From Escherichia coli (lineage in GTDB: Bacteria > Pseudomonadota > Gammaproteobacteria > Enterobacterales > Enterobacteriaceae), in NCBI RefSeq assembly GCF_003334385.1, contig NZ_QOWN01000006.1: 64,000 nucleotides of DNA; one strand, written 5' to 3'. Position numbers and translations under genes: made by a program. The notes beneath the pieces were generated by a model. The model was not told where the DNA came from. It saw only the letters and a list, made by a program, of their open reading frames with translations, and did not search any database. Positions 1-14,420 of the stretch are shown here, one piece after another. How positions within the stretch are numbered: position 1 is the stretch's first letter; each line of letters opens with the position of its first letter.

Positions 1-498
1 GGCACTGCCGGTTCTAAACATCGGGCGATTCTGGCTATCGATGATCTGAATACGTAGACCTTCCTGGACCAGATCGATTTTGAGATGGGGACGTAACGCC
101 CGCAGTTTCGGATCGGACTCTATCAACTGGTCGAGATCACCCCGCAATTTCCGCAATCGACTTTGCTCCATGCGTTTTTTCAGCTCTTCGATGTTCGGCT
201 GCTTATTCACTTCCCCCTGGCTTTGGGTGTAATCATCACCACCGCCGGGAATTGGGCTTTCACTATTAGAAATGCGATCGCCGCCCGTAACCGCAGTCGC
301 CAGTGGAGTCCGGAAGTACTCCGCAATCTGAATCAGCTCTTTTGGGCTGGAGATGGAGATCAGCCACATCACCAGAAAAAAGGCCATCATCGCAGTCATA
401 AAGTCGGCATAAGCAATCTTCCACGATCCATGTGCTGCCCCGTGGCTTTTGGCTTTGCGTCGTTTGACGACAATAATCGGATGCGCTTGATTCTTCAT
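1..498 (-). CDS. motB: Flagellar motor stator protein MotB, 5' portion (first 166 codons; 3' end lies beyond window start)
   Basis: Reverse complement of 481-498 reads ATGAAGAATCAAGCGCAT (MKNQAH), the MotB N-terminus; start overlaps motA stop (ATGA coupling); in frame to position 1. Confidence 0.9.
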   Translation of the reverse strand, partial: MKNQAHPIIVVKRRKAKSHGAAHGSWKIAYADFMTAMMAFFLVMWLISISSPKELIQIAEYFRTPLATAVTGGDRISNSESPIPGGGDDYTQSQGEVNKQPNIEELKKRMEQSRLRKLRGDLDQLIESDPKLRALRPHLKIDLVQEGLRIQIIDSQNRPMFRTGSA

Positions 499-1382
499 GC
501 TTCCTCGGTTGTCGTCTGTTGTTGCGGATTTTTCACCGCACGCACATGCTCTTCCAGTTCAATAAACGACGGACGTTCGCTGGAATAGAGCGTTTTGCGA
601 CCAAACTCAACGGCGATAGGCGGTGCGTAACCGTTCAGATTAGAAAGCAGAGTGACTTTGACGCACTGCATCATTTTGCTGGTTTCGGCGCTTTTCTGAC
701 GTAAAACAGTCGCTAATGGGGAAATAAATCCGTAAGCCAATAAAATGCCGAGGAAAGTCCCCACCATCGCATGTGCGATAAGCGCACCCAGCTCGGCGGC
801 AGGACGATCGGCTGAACCTAACGCGTGAACGACCCCCATTACAGCCGCAACAATACCAAACGCCGGAAGTGAGTCCCCGACCAGCGCCAGACTGTTCGCC
901 GGGACTTCTGCCTCGCTTTCGTGCGTCTCAATCTCTTCATCCATCAGAGCTTCGATTTCGAAGGTGTTCATGTGACCGCTGATAATCAGGCGCAGATAAT
1001 CGACGATAAAATCAAGCATGACGCTATCCGCGAGGATGCGTGGGTAGCTGGCGAAGATCTCGCTCTCACGGGGATTTTCAATATCACGTTCCAGCGAAAA
1101 CATCCCCATCTGCCGCGATTTCGCCATCAACCGATAAAGCAGAGCCAGCAGATCCATATACATTGCTTTGGTGTATTTGGAGCGACGAAACAGCAACGGC
1201 AGCGCCTTCAGCGTGCCTTTAATCGCTTTGCCATTATTGCCGACGATAAACGACCCAATCCCTGCACCGGCAATAATCACCAGTTCAGCGGGTTGATAGA
1301 GTGCTCCAAGGCTTCCACCGGTCATCAAATAACCGCCGAAAACTGTACCGAGAACAACCAGGTAACCTAATAAGATAAGCAC
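495..1382 (-). CDS. motA: Flagellar motor stator protein MotA (295 aa)
   Basis: ORF translation matches MotA in length and sequence; position downstream of flhDC. Confidence 0.96.
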   Translation of the reverse strand: MLILLGYLVVLGTVFGGYLMTGGSLGALYQPAELVIIAGAGIGSFIVGNNGKAIKGTLKALPLLFRRSKYTKAMYMDLLALLYRLMAKSRQMGMFSLERDIENPRESEIFASYPRILADSVMLDFIVDYLRLIISGHMNTFEIEALMDEEIETHESEAEVPANSLALVGDSLPAFGIVAAVMGVVHALGSADRPAAELGALIAHAMVGTFLGILLAYGFISPLATVLRQKSAETSKMMQCVKVTLLSNLNGYAPPIAVEFGRKTLYSSERPSFIELEEHVRAVKNPQQQTTTEEA

Positions 1383-1449
1383 GACATCATCCTTCCACTG
1401 TTGACCATGACAGGATGTTCAGTCGTCAGGCGTTAACGCGCGATTGGGG

Positions 1450-1483
1450 CAAAAAAAAGCAGCGGTACGTCGTTACCGCTGCT
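1450..1483 (-). terminator. Intrinsic terminator after flhC (10-bp stem AGCAGCGGTA/TACCGCTGCT followed by T8 on minus strand)
   Basis: Perfect inverted repeat 1459-1483 with A8 on plus strand (U-tract on minus transcript). Confidence 0.75.
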
Positions 1484-1543
1484 GGAATGTTGCGCCTCAC
1501 CGTATCAGTTAAACAGCCTGTACTCTCTGTTCATCCAGCAGTT
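1450..1543 (-). ncRNA. motR: Candidate MotR sRNA (motA 5'UTR-derived, sigma28-dependent)
   Basis: Sigma28-type promoter inside flhC 3' end (1552-1578) plus terminator at 1450-1483 would yield a ~95-nt RNA; published MotR is described as derived from the motA 5'UTR (recalled). Confidence 0.45.
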
Positions 1544-2087
1544 GTGGGATAATATCGGCAGGATTCTGGGAAAGTTTACGTCTTTTTACTGCCCGGGATG
1601 GCGGTTGACATAAGCTGCAGGCAAAGCTGCCAACAGGCTGGTGAGCGTGGGTAATAAAATTGCCGCCGCAGCAGTTGCAGCTGGAAAGTTGCAGTAATCC
1701 ACTTTCAACAAACCGCACCAATGTCCAGGCACGGGTTAATGCCAGCAGTGGTCCTTCTTCTGCTTGTGGGCACTGTTCAAGGTATAAACGGTAGGCTTTG
1801 ATCACCGCATCGACGCCATTACACAAACCGGTTTTCAGTAAAAACTGCCATGCATTACAGAACATCGAAGCATGAACGTTTTGTTCCCAGGTCATAAACC
1901 AGTCGGTTGAGAATGGCAGCATGCCTTTCGGCGGTGGGCTTCCGCGCAGTTCTTTATAAAGTTTTATCAGGCGTCCGCGACTTAACTGTGTTTCGCTTTC
2001 CAGCATCTGCAAACGAGCGCCCAGGGTGATCAATTCCATTGCCAGCTGAATATCCCGCGCTTCCTGAACAATGCTTTTTTCACTCAT
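1509..2087 (-). CDS. flhC: Flagellar master regulator FlhC (192 aa)
   Basis: ORF translation matches FlhC including the C-terminal Cys cluster; adjacent to flhD. Confidence 0.96.
1552..1578 (-). promoter_or_regulatory. Sigma28 (FliA) class 3 promoter for motAB-cheAW: TAAACTTT-N11-GCCGATAT
   Basis: Minus-strand match to sigma28 consensus TAAAGTTT-N11-GCCGATAA located within the 3' end of flhC. Confidence 0.65.
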
Positions 2088-2089
2088 GA

Positions 2090-2440
2090 TCAGGCCCTTT
2101 TCTTGCGCAGCGCTTCTTCAGGCTGATTAACATCATTCAGCAAGCGTGTTGAGAGCATGATGCCGGTATGAATTTGCTGGAGATCGTCAACGCGGGAATC
2201 TTGCGTCAACTGAGTAATCGTCTGGTGGCTGTCAAAACGGAAGTGACAAACCAGTTGATTGGTTTCTGCCAGCTTAACCATTTGCGGAAGAGTCAGTGCC
2301 GCTAACGTTGTCGCCATTTCTTCATTTATGCCGAGACGAAACATAGCGGACGCTTTGTCCTGAACAATCAAACGCTGTGCAAGTAGTAAATATGACAAGT
2401 TGATGTCATAAATGTGTTTCAGCAACTCGGAGGTATGCAT
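2090..2440 (-). CDS. flhD: Flagellar master regulator FlhD (116 aa from MHTSELL; ORF extends to 2449)
   Basis: ORF translation matches FlhD; start trimmed to the annotated [12 protein letters not shown]. Confidence 0.95.
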
Positions 2441-3219
2441 TATTCCCACCCAGAATAACCAACTTTATTTTTATGCGGTTTCACCGCACCCCGTGATGTC
2501 GCCGGGAAGCCCCGGTAAAAAATAATTAGCATTAGAATAGTTGCGATAAGCTGCAATAAGCAGAACCACCTTTTTGGTTTAATATGTCCTTACAAATAGA
2601 AATGGGTCTTTACACTTATCTAAGATTTTTCCTAAATCGACGCAACTGTACTCGTCACTACACGCACATACAACGGAGGGGGGCTGCGATTTTCAATAAT
2701 GTGTGATGCAGATCACACAAAACACTCAATTACTTAACATAAATGTATAAGTCATACTTTTGTTTTGGGTGTATTTCAATCTGTTAAAAAGTTTTTCGCT
2801 ACGCTAGCAAGCAAAAATGAAACAGGAATAATCGAAATGGGATGTTGCGCACAGTCAAAATAACTCACCGTAAATAATCATCTGCTATAAATAATCACTT
2901 TCATGCAATACCAGATAAGCTATTTTTAAACAGACACTTACCGCACAACAAACTAATTAAATACAAAGAAAGGCAACAATCAACTTAATGTTAATGAAAT
3001 GTTTTACATATATTAACCACTTGTTTAATGCGGAGAATCAGTACACTATTTTCTTATAATTACATTTGAAATTATATGATCACCGGGAGTGATTGATTAA
3101 TTGTCTTTACTAATAATCAGGCTAATATTTACCTGTTTGACCGAGTTGGGATTGCGTCGTTTCTCCATTAGGAGTAAAGCTTTAATGTCACCTGAAGTTC
3201 ACAGAATAAGGAACAGGTT
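2441..3219. promoter_or_regulatory. flhDC promoter, long 5'UTR and AT-rich upstream regulatory region; divergent uspC promoter
   Basis: About 780 bp AT-rich non-coding region between divergent flhD and uspC; known regulatory hub in E. coli; no IS element present. Confidence 0.7.
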
Positions 3220-3648
3220 ATGAGCTATAGCAATATTCTTGTCGCTGTTGCGGTTACACCGGAAAGTCAGCAACTGCTGGCAAAAGCGGTATCTATCGCC
3301 AGGCCAGTAAAGGGACACATCAGTTTAATTACTCTCGCTTCCGACCCGGAAATGTACAATCAATTAGCTGCGCCGATGCTTGAAGATTTACGCAGCGTGA
3401 TGCAGGAAGAAACGCAAAGCTTTCTTGATAAGTTAATTCAGGATGCGGGGTATCCCGTTGACAAGACGTTTATTGCCTACGGTGAGTTAAGCGAACATAT
3501 TCTGGAAGTATGTCACAAGCATCATTTCGATTTGGTGATTTGCGGTAATCACAATCACAGTTTCTTTTCGCGAGCATCCTGCTCGGCGAAAAGAGTTATT
3601 GCCTCAAGTGAGGTCGATGTGCTGTTAGTTCCACTTACGGGAGATTAA
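3220..3648 (+). CDS. uspC: Universal stress protein C (142 aa)
   Basis: ORF translation matches UspC/YecG; position between flhD and otsA. Confidence 0.93.
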   Translation: MSYSNILVAVAVTPESQQLLAKAVSIARPVKGHISLITLASDPEMYNQLAAPMLEDLRSVMQEETQSFLDKLIQDAGYPVDKTFIAYGELSEHILEVCHKHHFDLVICGNHNHSFFSRASCSAKRVIASSEVDVLLVPLTGD

Positions 3649-3654
3649 CCGCTC

Positions 3655-7007
<3,353 letters not shown>

Positions 7008-7021
7008 CATACTCTCCTTAC

Positions 7022-8536
7022 TCAGGCAACAGCCTGGCTGACTTTAGGCATCGCAAGGCTCAGTGCCTGACGCTCATCTGCCTGCTCGTGTAACAATTCA
7101 CCGGCGATTTCACCTTCCCGCATCACCACAATCCGGTCGGCAACGCCGAGGACTTCAGGTAAGTCGCTGGAGGCAAACAGCACCGCCACGCCCTGCGCCG
7201 CCAGCGCATAAATTACGTTATATATTTCGTGCTTAGCGCCAACATCAATGCCGCGCGTAGGTTCATCCAGCAAAATGACCTTCATCTCTTCCGATAACCA
7301 GCGGCCCAGAATGGCTTTTTGCTGATTTCCGCCTGAGAGATTCATGATCAGTTGCTCCGCGCCCGGCGTTTTGATGTTGAGCGAACGAATGTGGTGATCG
7401 GCATTGTTTTCTTCCCAACCGTTGTTGATTACACAACCGCCGAGCACATGTTTACGTCTGGCACTGATGTTGATATTGTCGCGAACGGAGTGCACGGGAA
7501 TAATGCCTTCCGCTTTGCGATCTTCCGGGCAGAGCATCATGCCTGCGGCAATGGCGTGGCTCGGTTTACGAATATCGATCGGCTGTTGGTCGATATAAAC
7601 CTGACCGGCGGTGATTTGCGTCCCGCCAAACATGCCTTTCATTAATTCGCTACGCCCCGCCCCTACCAGACCAAACAGCCCAACAATTTCACCACTGCGA
7701 ACCGCCAGACTTATTGGCGTACGCACGCCTGGTGCTTTCACAGCATCAAGACGTAGGCGCTCCTCGCCATAACTACGCGGTTGCCAGCCGTAGATATCGC
7801 CAATGTCGCGCCCGACCATCGCCTGCACCAGCGCGTCGTGGTCAACCTGCTGCATATCGGTAAAGGTTTTGACATAACGTCCATCTTTAAAGACAGTAAT
7901 GGCATCGCTGAGGGCAAATATTTCTTCCATACGGTGAGAAACGTATAAGATTACCCGCCCCTCTTTTCGCAGTTCACGAATAACGCGGAAAAGATTGTCG
8001 ATTTCACGGGCAGAGAGGGAGCTGGTTGGCTCATCAAAGGCGATAATTTTGGCGTTACGCGCCAGCGCTTTGGCGATTTCAACCATCTGCCACTGACCAA
8101 TGGAGAGATATTTCAGCGGCGTGTCCGGGTCAATATCCATACCAAGATGTTTAAGTTGTAAACCCGCCTCATAATTCAGCAATGAGCGATTCACAATGCC
8201 GCCTTTATGCGGCAGCTGGCCGAGATAGATGTTTTCCGCGACGGTCATTTCCGGCACGAGATGCAGTTCCTGGTAAATAATCGCCACGCCCGCGTTAAGT
8301 GCTGCGGTCGTGTCGGAAAAGGACATTTCCTGCCCATTAATCACTACAGAACCCGTGGTTGGCGCATAGTTGCCGCTGAGGATTTTTAAGAGAGTTGATT
8401 TTCCTGCGCCATTTTCACCCATCAACGCATGAACCTGACCGGCATAGCAGTCAAAACTAATATCCGTCAGCGCCTTAACGCCGGGAAACGTTTTACCGAT
8501 GCCGCGAAATGAGAGATACGGGGTAGACTGTTGCAT
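7022..8536 (-). CDS. araG: L-arabinose ABC transporter ATP-binding protein AraG (504 aa)
   Basis: Duplicated ABC ATPase with Walker [10 protein letters not shown]; matches AraG from [10 protein letters not shown]. Confidence 0.95.
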
Positions 8537-8605
8537 AACGTCTCCGTGAATCACTGGTCGTTCACACCCCCTCTGCATCATGCAGAGGGGAATTTTTCCG
8601 GCAAA

Positions 8606-9595
8606 TTACTTACCGCCTAAACCTTTTTTCTCCAGTTCTTCTTTAAAGTTGTCACGCGTGATCAGTACCACGTCGGTAACTTCGGTAAATTTTGGCGGTT
8701 CAACGTCTTTTGCTACCCAGTTGTAAAGCATTTCGCTGGATTTATAGCCATGTACGTCCGGGCTTGGCAGCAGGGAACCGTAGAAGCCGGTTGCCTGTGC
8801 TTTAGACAGTTCGCTCACCGCATCCACACCGTTAATGCCAATGCCGATGATATCGGCCGCTTTAAAGCCCTGACCTTCCGTCGCGCGTACGCCGCCCAGC
8901 ACGGTGCTGTCGTTCATACCGACGATCAGCCAATGTTTAACTTCCGGATGTTGAACCAGCATTGAGTTGGCAGCGTCAAATGCCCCCGGGATGTCGTTAG
9001 ATTTGGTAGGTACCTGATAAATTTGTTTTTCCGGGAATCCGGCCGCTTTCAGCGCATCCATAGATCCCGTAGTACGGCGGCGGGCGGTATCCAGTTCGTT
9101 GGCGGTAATCGCCATCACCGCGCTTTCTTTGACATCCCAGCCACGTTTCTGCATCTCTTTATACAGTTCCTGGCCCTGACGTTCGCCAATTTTAGTCGCC
9201 GCCATCATCACCAGCGGAACGGTATCCATTGGCTTACCTTTGGCGTTAACAAACTGGTCATCCACGGCAATGACTTTCATATCGTAGCCACGCGCTTTCG
9301 CGACGATGGCAGAGCCGAGTTTGGGGTCCGGAGTACAAATAACGAAACCTTTTGCGCCACTGGCAGCCAGGCTGTCGATCGCGTTCAATGTTTTTTCGCC
9401 ATCCGGCACGGCAATCTTAATAACCTCAAACCCTAAATCCTTCCCGGCTTTATCGGCAAACTTCCATTCGGTCTGGAACCACGGCTCTTCCGGTTGCTTC
9501 ACCAGAAAACCGAGCTTCAGGTTCTCCGCCATAGCGGATTGTGACATAACGGCTGCCAGACCAATGGCTGCCAGGGCTTTAGTAAATTTGTGCAT
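8606..9595 (-). CDS. araF: L-arabinose periplasmic binding protein AraF (329 aa)
   Basis: Matches AraF from MHKFTKALAAIGLAAVMSQSAMA (signal peptide). Confidence 0.95.
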   Translation of the reverse strand: MHKFTKALAAIGLAAVMSQSAMAENLKLGFLVKQPEEPWFQTEWKFADKAGKDLGFEVIKIAVPDGEKTLNAIDSLAASGAKGFVICTPDPKLGSAIVAKARGYDMKVIAVDDQFVNAKGKPMDTVPLVMMAATKIGERQGQELYKEMQKRGWDVKESAVMAITANELDTARRRTTGSMDALKAAGFPEKQIYQVPTKSNDIPGAFDAANSMLVQHPEVKHWLIVGMNDSTVLGGVRATEGQGFKAADIIGIGINGVDAVSELSKAQATGFYGSLLPSPDVHGYKSSEMLYNWVAKDVEPPKFTEVTDVVLITRDNFKEELEKKGLGGK

Positions 9596-10391
9596 GGTTC
9601 TCTCCAGCTTTAGTGTCGTTTTGTGTAGGGCAAAAACGAATGACATTCGTTAAATTAATCGGAAAACAAAGCATTACCTTTTAACTAAAAGATAAGTGAC
9701 TGTGTTGACATAGTTTTAGCGAGAAATTAATTCTCCATAGGAGAGCAATATCACATCGCAGAATTACAGTGAGAACGTGCATAAATTTAGCGGGAAAAGA
9801 CATAAGGGAAAGCCAATTTGTCAGACAAATTGTCGAATGCACAGCAGATTAATCCATAAGATTAGCCTAGAAATCCTTGTTGTCTTTGGTACCCATGCGG
9901 GATGTCTTCTTTTTAACCAGTCAATAGGCCGCATTACCTGGCGTTGAGTTTTTGAAATGGTGTAATAACCGCAACTCAAAGATGTGGAAAATGCACGTCA
10001 TTCATTTCGTCATTAATTATCACTGTGCTCATTAATTAACAGAACACGTATAATGAGAGCCATCTCGCAAAAATGAAAAAACGTTTTATAAAATCATCAC
10101 TTCATCATGAATTCAAATTCATTGATTAATATCAACAAGATACAAAAAGCACTATCATTAAAATTCATTGCAGTTACATTGATTTCATCAATGAAATGTA
10201 AAAATATATAAACTTGATGATTTAAGCATTTTCTTATACCCGTTCAGACGTTATTCTTATTTCAGATCATCGTCAGAATTGACTCCACGATCACATTTCG
10301 GACCGGCAGAAAGGAATTATTCTGCAAACAGTAATTATGGTGTTTTGATTTATCTTGCACCTCTCCACTTCTGGATATAAGGATATTAGGT
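9596..10391. promoter_or_regulatory. AT-rich araFGH promoter region (AraC/CRP-controlled in E. coli) and ftnB upstream region
   Basis: About 800 bp AT-rich intergenic region between divergent araF and ftnB. Confidence 0.55.
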
Positions 10392-10895
10392 ATGGCAACC
10401 GCTGGAATGCTTCTCAAACTCAACTCTCAAATGAACCGCGAGTTTTACGCATCCAATCTCTACCTTCACCTGAGTAACTGGTGTTCTGAACAGAGTCTGA
10501 ACGGCACCGCCACTTTCCTTCGCGCCCAGGCACAGAGTAATGTGACCCAAATGATGCGCATGTTTAACTTTATGAAGAGTGTCGGCGCTACCCCCATCGT
10601 TAAAGCCATTGATGTTCCCGGTGAAAAACTGAACTCTCTGGAAGAACTGTTCCAAAAAACGATGGAAGAATACGAGCAACGTTCTAGTACGTTGGCACAG
10701 TTAGCCGATGAAGCGAAAGAACTGAATGATGATTCAACCGTCAATTTCCTGCGCGATCTGGAAAAAGAACAGCAGCATGATGGTCTGTTGCTGCAAACCA
10801 TTCTTGATGAAGTGCGCAGTGCGAAACTTGCGGGTATGTGCCCTGTGCAGACCGACCAACATGTTCTGAATGTCGTGTCACACCAGCTGCATTGA
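10392..10895 (+). CDS. ftnB: Ferritin-like protein FtnB (167 aa)
   Basis: ORF translation matches FtnB/YecI; ferritin fold, paralog of FtnA. Confidence 0.93.
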   Translation: MATAGMLLKLNSQMNREFYASNLYLHLSNWCSEQSLNGTATFLRAQAQSNVTQMMRMFNFMKSVGATPIVKAIDVPGEKLNSLEELFQKTMEEYEQRSSTLAQLADEAKELNDDSTVNFLRDLEKEQQHDGLLLQTILDEVRSAKLAGMCPVQTDQHVLNVVSHQLH

Positions 10896-10973
10896 TCATC
10901 ATCGGCGCTAATGCATTGCGCCGATGAAGGTTTTGAGAAACCGCTGCCTCATCTGTTTGAAGCAGCGGTTTTT

Positions 10974-11225
10974 TTAATGGGATTCACCCTGTGGGGTAAA
11001 CTTGAGTTCAATAAGCGCGATGGCTTTTTGGATTGCCCGCATGGTGACCGGGTCTGCGGCGGCGGGATGGTTAGTAAAGTCGATATTCTTCAGCTGACTG
11101 GACATTTTTTCACGAACTTCAACGGGCGCGATTACATCGAGAACATCCAGAATTTGTTTGATAACCAACTGGCAAGCAACCACATCAGAAACCAATTCCT
11201 GATCGGCATTCAGCGGCTGGGACAT
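10974..11225 (-). CDS. yecJ: DUF2766 family protein YecJ (83 aa)
   Basis: ORF translation matches YecJ. Confidence 0.88.
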
Positions 11226-11311
11226 CGTAAACTCCTGATAGCATTTTGAAAGCCGTTATAGTAGCGACTTCACATCTTCAGCGATAGTCACATCCACCGT
11301 CATCAGGACAC

Positions 11312-11339
11312 AAAAAAACCTGCCGGAGCAGGTTTTTTG
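11312..11339 (-). terminator. Intrinsic terminator downstream of azuC (hairpin AACCTGC-CGGA-GCAGGTT flanked by A/T tracts; potentially bidirectional)
   Basis: Inverted repeat 11317-11333 with A7 upstream and T6 downstream. Confidence 0.7.
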
Positions 11340-11426
11340 TTATCGGAACATATTGCCTGGCGGTACGTCTTTGAACGTCTTGCAATAGTTATTGAACATA
11401 CTTTTCAGGATTTTGCGCAGTTTCAT
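11340..11426 (-). CDS. azuC: Small protein AzuC (28 aa: MKLRKILKSMFNNYCKTFKDVPPGNMFR)
   Basis: Manual translation of minus strand gives exact 28-aa AzuC sequence; carried on the IsrB transcript. Confidence 0.88.
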   Translation of the reverse strand: MKLRKILKSMFNNYCKTFKDVPPGNMFR

Positions 11427-11688
11427 CGCGGCACTCCGACCATTTGTTATACAGGTGTTATTGTCTTTGCGCTTATAATATGACAACCATCACAAAAATC
11501 AATCTTTATGTGATACAAATCACATAAATACCCCTTTAATGTTATAAAAATGATAATCAAAAAACAGCCCCCCTATTTCTGACACCTACAGATGGCAAGA
11601 AATAGCGCCTGCCAGGCGTCTTTTCCGGCCATTGTCGCAGCACTGTAACGCGTAAAATAGTGCTTTCTCTTACTCTTCTGGCTGGACC

Positions 11689-12012
11689 ATGAGACTTCTG
11701 ATTCTGACTCTTTCATTAATAACGCTGGCGGGGTGTACGGTTACTCGCCAAGCCCATGTGAGCGAAGTTGACGCGGCAACAGGTATTGTACGGTTAGTTT
11801 ATGACCAGGCTTTTTTGCAGCATGCCCATACCGATCGTTATGTCAGTCGCGGGATCGCCGATCGCGCATGCCAGCAGGAAGGCTATACCCACGCGGTCCC
11901 CTTTGGTCAGCCAGTAGGCAACTGTAGCCTTTTTGCGGGTTCCTTATGTTTGAATACGGAATTCACTTTGTCATATCAGTGCCATCATTCCGCCTTCCCT
12001 GTCTTTCTCTAA
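11689..12012 (+). CDS. yecR: Lipoprotein YecR (107 aa), FlhDC-regulated
   Basis: ORF translation matches YecR with lipobox LAGC. Confidence 0.9.
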   Translation: MRLLILTLSLITLAGCTVTRQAHVSEVDAATGIVRLVYDQAFLQHAHTDRYVSRGIADRACQQEGYTHAVPFGQPVGNCSLFAGSLCLNTEFTLSYQCHHSAFPVFL

Positions 12013-12182
12013 ATATTTTAATCAGCGAGGGGATCTTCGCTGATTAAAGAAATAGCGGTAATGCGTTTTATTCCCATTCGTATTTTTAATAATTGAAGTT
12101 TATATTTTACCTTTTGCAAATAATAAAATAACAAATTATAGTGACGCCACAGCAACAAATATAACCTTTGTGGAGCACTATC

Positions 12183-12680
12183 ATGCTGAAACCAGAAATG
12201 ATTGAAAAACTTAATGAGCAGATGAACCTGGAACTGTACTCTTCACTGCTTTATCAGCAAATGAGCGCCTGGTGCAGCTATCATACCTTCGAAGGTGCTG
12301 CCGCGTTCCTGCGCCGTCACGCCCAGGAAGAGATGACGCATATGCAGCGTCTGTTTGATTACCTGACTGATACCGGCAATTTACCGCGTATTAATACCGT
12401 TGAATCTCCGTTTGCTGAATATTCCTCACTTGATGAATTATTCCAGGAAACCTATAAACACGAACAATTAATCACCCAGAAAATTAACGAACTGGCTCAT
12501 GCTGCAATGACCAATCAGGACTACCCAACATTTAATTTCCTGCAATGGTATGTTTCTGAGCAGCATGAAGAAGAGAAACTGTTCAAATCGATTATTGATA
12601 AATTAAGCCTGGCAGGCAAAAGCGGCGAAGGTCTGTATTTTATCGACAAAGAACTCTCTACCCTCGACACACAAAACTAA
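12183..12680 (+). CDS. ftnA: Ferritin FtnA (165 aa)
   Basis: Matches FtnA from [13 protein letters not shown]. Confidence 0.96.
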
Positions 12681-12687
12681 TGCTCTC

Positions 12688-12713
12688 CGGCGGCAGGTTT
12701 ACTGCCGCCGTTT
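12688..12713. terminator. Bidirectional intrinsic terminator between convergent ftnA and yecH
   Basis: Hairpin CGGCGGCAG-GTTTA-CTGCCGCCG followed by TTT. Confidence 0.7.
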
Positions 12714-12717
12714 CAAA

Positions 12718-12957
12718 TCAGTGACGGCAAATCTTACTCTGATCGGTCGAAAAACCGTCTTTCGAAGGTATAAATTTGCCTTTTGCTGCCAGAAACGCTA
12801 CCAGCTCTCCCGCTGTCATCCCTTCTGCCGAGCAGGTGTGAAAACGTGCCTGTTCACCAAAACGCGCTTTAATCGCAGCTTCCAGACTGGCATGCGTATA
12901 TTGCTCGCCTGATTCAATCATCATATTTAACACTTCATGACCGTGAATAGAGTCCAT
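12718..12957 (-). CDS. yecH: DUF2492 family protein YecH (79 aa)
   Basis: ORF translation matches YecH. Confidence 0.88.
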   Translation of the reverse strand: MDSIHGHEVLNMMIESGEQYTHASLEAAIKARFGEQARFHTCSAEGMTAGELVAFLAAKGKFIPSKDGFSTDQSKICRH

Positions 12958-13147
12958 CGTCCCTCCTCAAAAAAAGCCTAGCGTAGCGATTGCCGCTTAT
13001 GAAGACTTTGCGCCAGCGCAGGACTGAATGCTTTTTATTGTACATTTATATTTACACCATATGTAACGTCGGTTTGACGAAGCAGCCGTTATGCCTTAAC
13101 CTGCGCCGCAGATATCACTCATAAAGATCGTCAGGACAGAAGAAAGC

Positions 13148-14359
13148 GTGAAAAACAGAACCCTGGGAAGTGTTTTTATCGTGGCGGGAACCACAATTGG
13201 CGCAGGCATGCTGGCAATGCCGCTGGCTGCGGCCGGTGTTGGTTTTAGCGTTACGTTAATCTTGTTGATTGGGCTTTGGGCGTTGATGTGCTACACGGCG
13301 CTATTACTGCTGGAGGTGTACCAGCATGTTCCGGCAGATACCGGTCTGGGCACGCTGGCAAAACGCTATCTGGGACGCTACGGTCAATGGCTGACGGGCT
13401 TCAGTATGATGTTCTTAATGTATGCTCTGACTGCGGCATACATCAGCGGTGCCGGTGAATTGTTGGCCTCCAGCATCAGCGACTGGACAGGTATTTCTAT
13501 GTCGGCAACCGCTGGCGTGCTGTTGTTCACTTTTGTTGCCGGTGGCGTGGTTTGTGTCGGAACTTCACTGGTCGATTTATTTAACCGTTTTCTGTTCAGC
13601 GCCAAGATTATTTTTCTGGTGGTAATGCTGGTACTACTGCTGCCGCATATTCACAAAGTGAATCTTTTAACCCTGCCGTTGCAACAGGGGCTGGCTCTGT
13701 CTGCAATCCCGGTGATTTTTACGTCGTTTGGTTTTCACGGTAGCGTGCCGAGTATTGTCAGCTATATGGATGGCAACATTCGTAAGCTACGCTGGGTGTT
13801 TATAATCGGTAGTGCGATCCCCCTGGTGGCATATATTTTCTGGCAGGTGGCGACGCTTGGCAGCATTGATTCAACAACCTTTATGGGATTGCTGGCTAAT
13901 CATGCTGGATTAAACGGGCTGTTACAGGCGTTACGCGAAATGGTGGCCTCTCCGCATGTTGAGCTGGCAGTGCATTTATTTGCTGATTTAGCCCTCGCCA
14001 CGTCATTTCTCGGCGTTGCGTTAGGCTTATTTGATTATCTGGCTGATTTATTTCAGCGTTCAAATACCGTTGGTGGACGGTTGCAAACTGGTGCAATTAC
14101 GTTTCTGCCGCCGTTGGCGTTTGCACTGTTTTATCCACGAGGATTTGTGATGGCGCTGGGTTACGCCGGTGTGGCGCTGGCGGTACTGGCATTGATTATC
14201 CCTTCGCTGTTGACCTGGCAAAGCAGAAAGCACAATCCTCAGGCGGGTTACCGGGTCAAAGGTGGTCGTCCGGCGCTGGTGGTGGTGTTTCTCTGTGGTA
14301 TTGCTGTGATTGGCGTGCAATTTTTGATTGCGGCAGGGTTGTTACCAGAAGTGGGGTGA
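13148..14359 (+). CDS. tyrP: Tyrosine:H+ symporter TyrP (403 aa)
   Basis: ORF translation matches TyrP; polytopic membrane protein. Confidence 0.95.
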
Positions 14360-14420
14360 TCAGATAGCCTCAAATTCCTTATTGGGTGCCAGAATTAACG
14401 CTGACACCCAATTTGGCCTC

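Noticed and set aside
2450-3219. Possible IS element upstream of flhD
   Set aside because: Region length and absence of any transposase ORF or terminal inverted repeats indicate no insertion
10466-10801. 111-aa minus-strand ORF antisense to ftnB
   Set aside because: Embedded antisense to ftnB; Ser/Cys-rich low complexity
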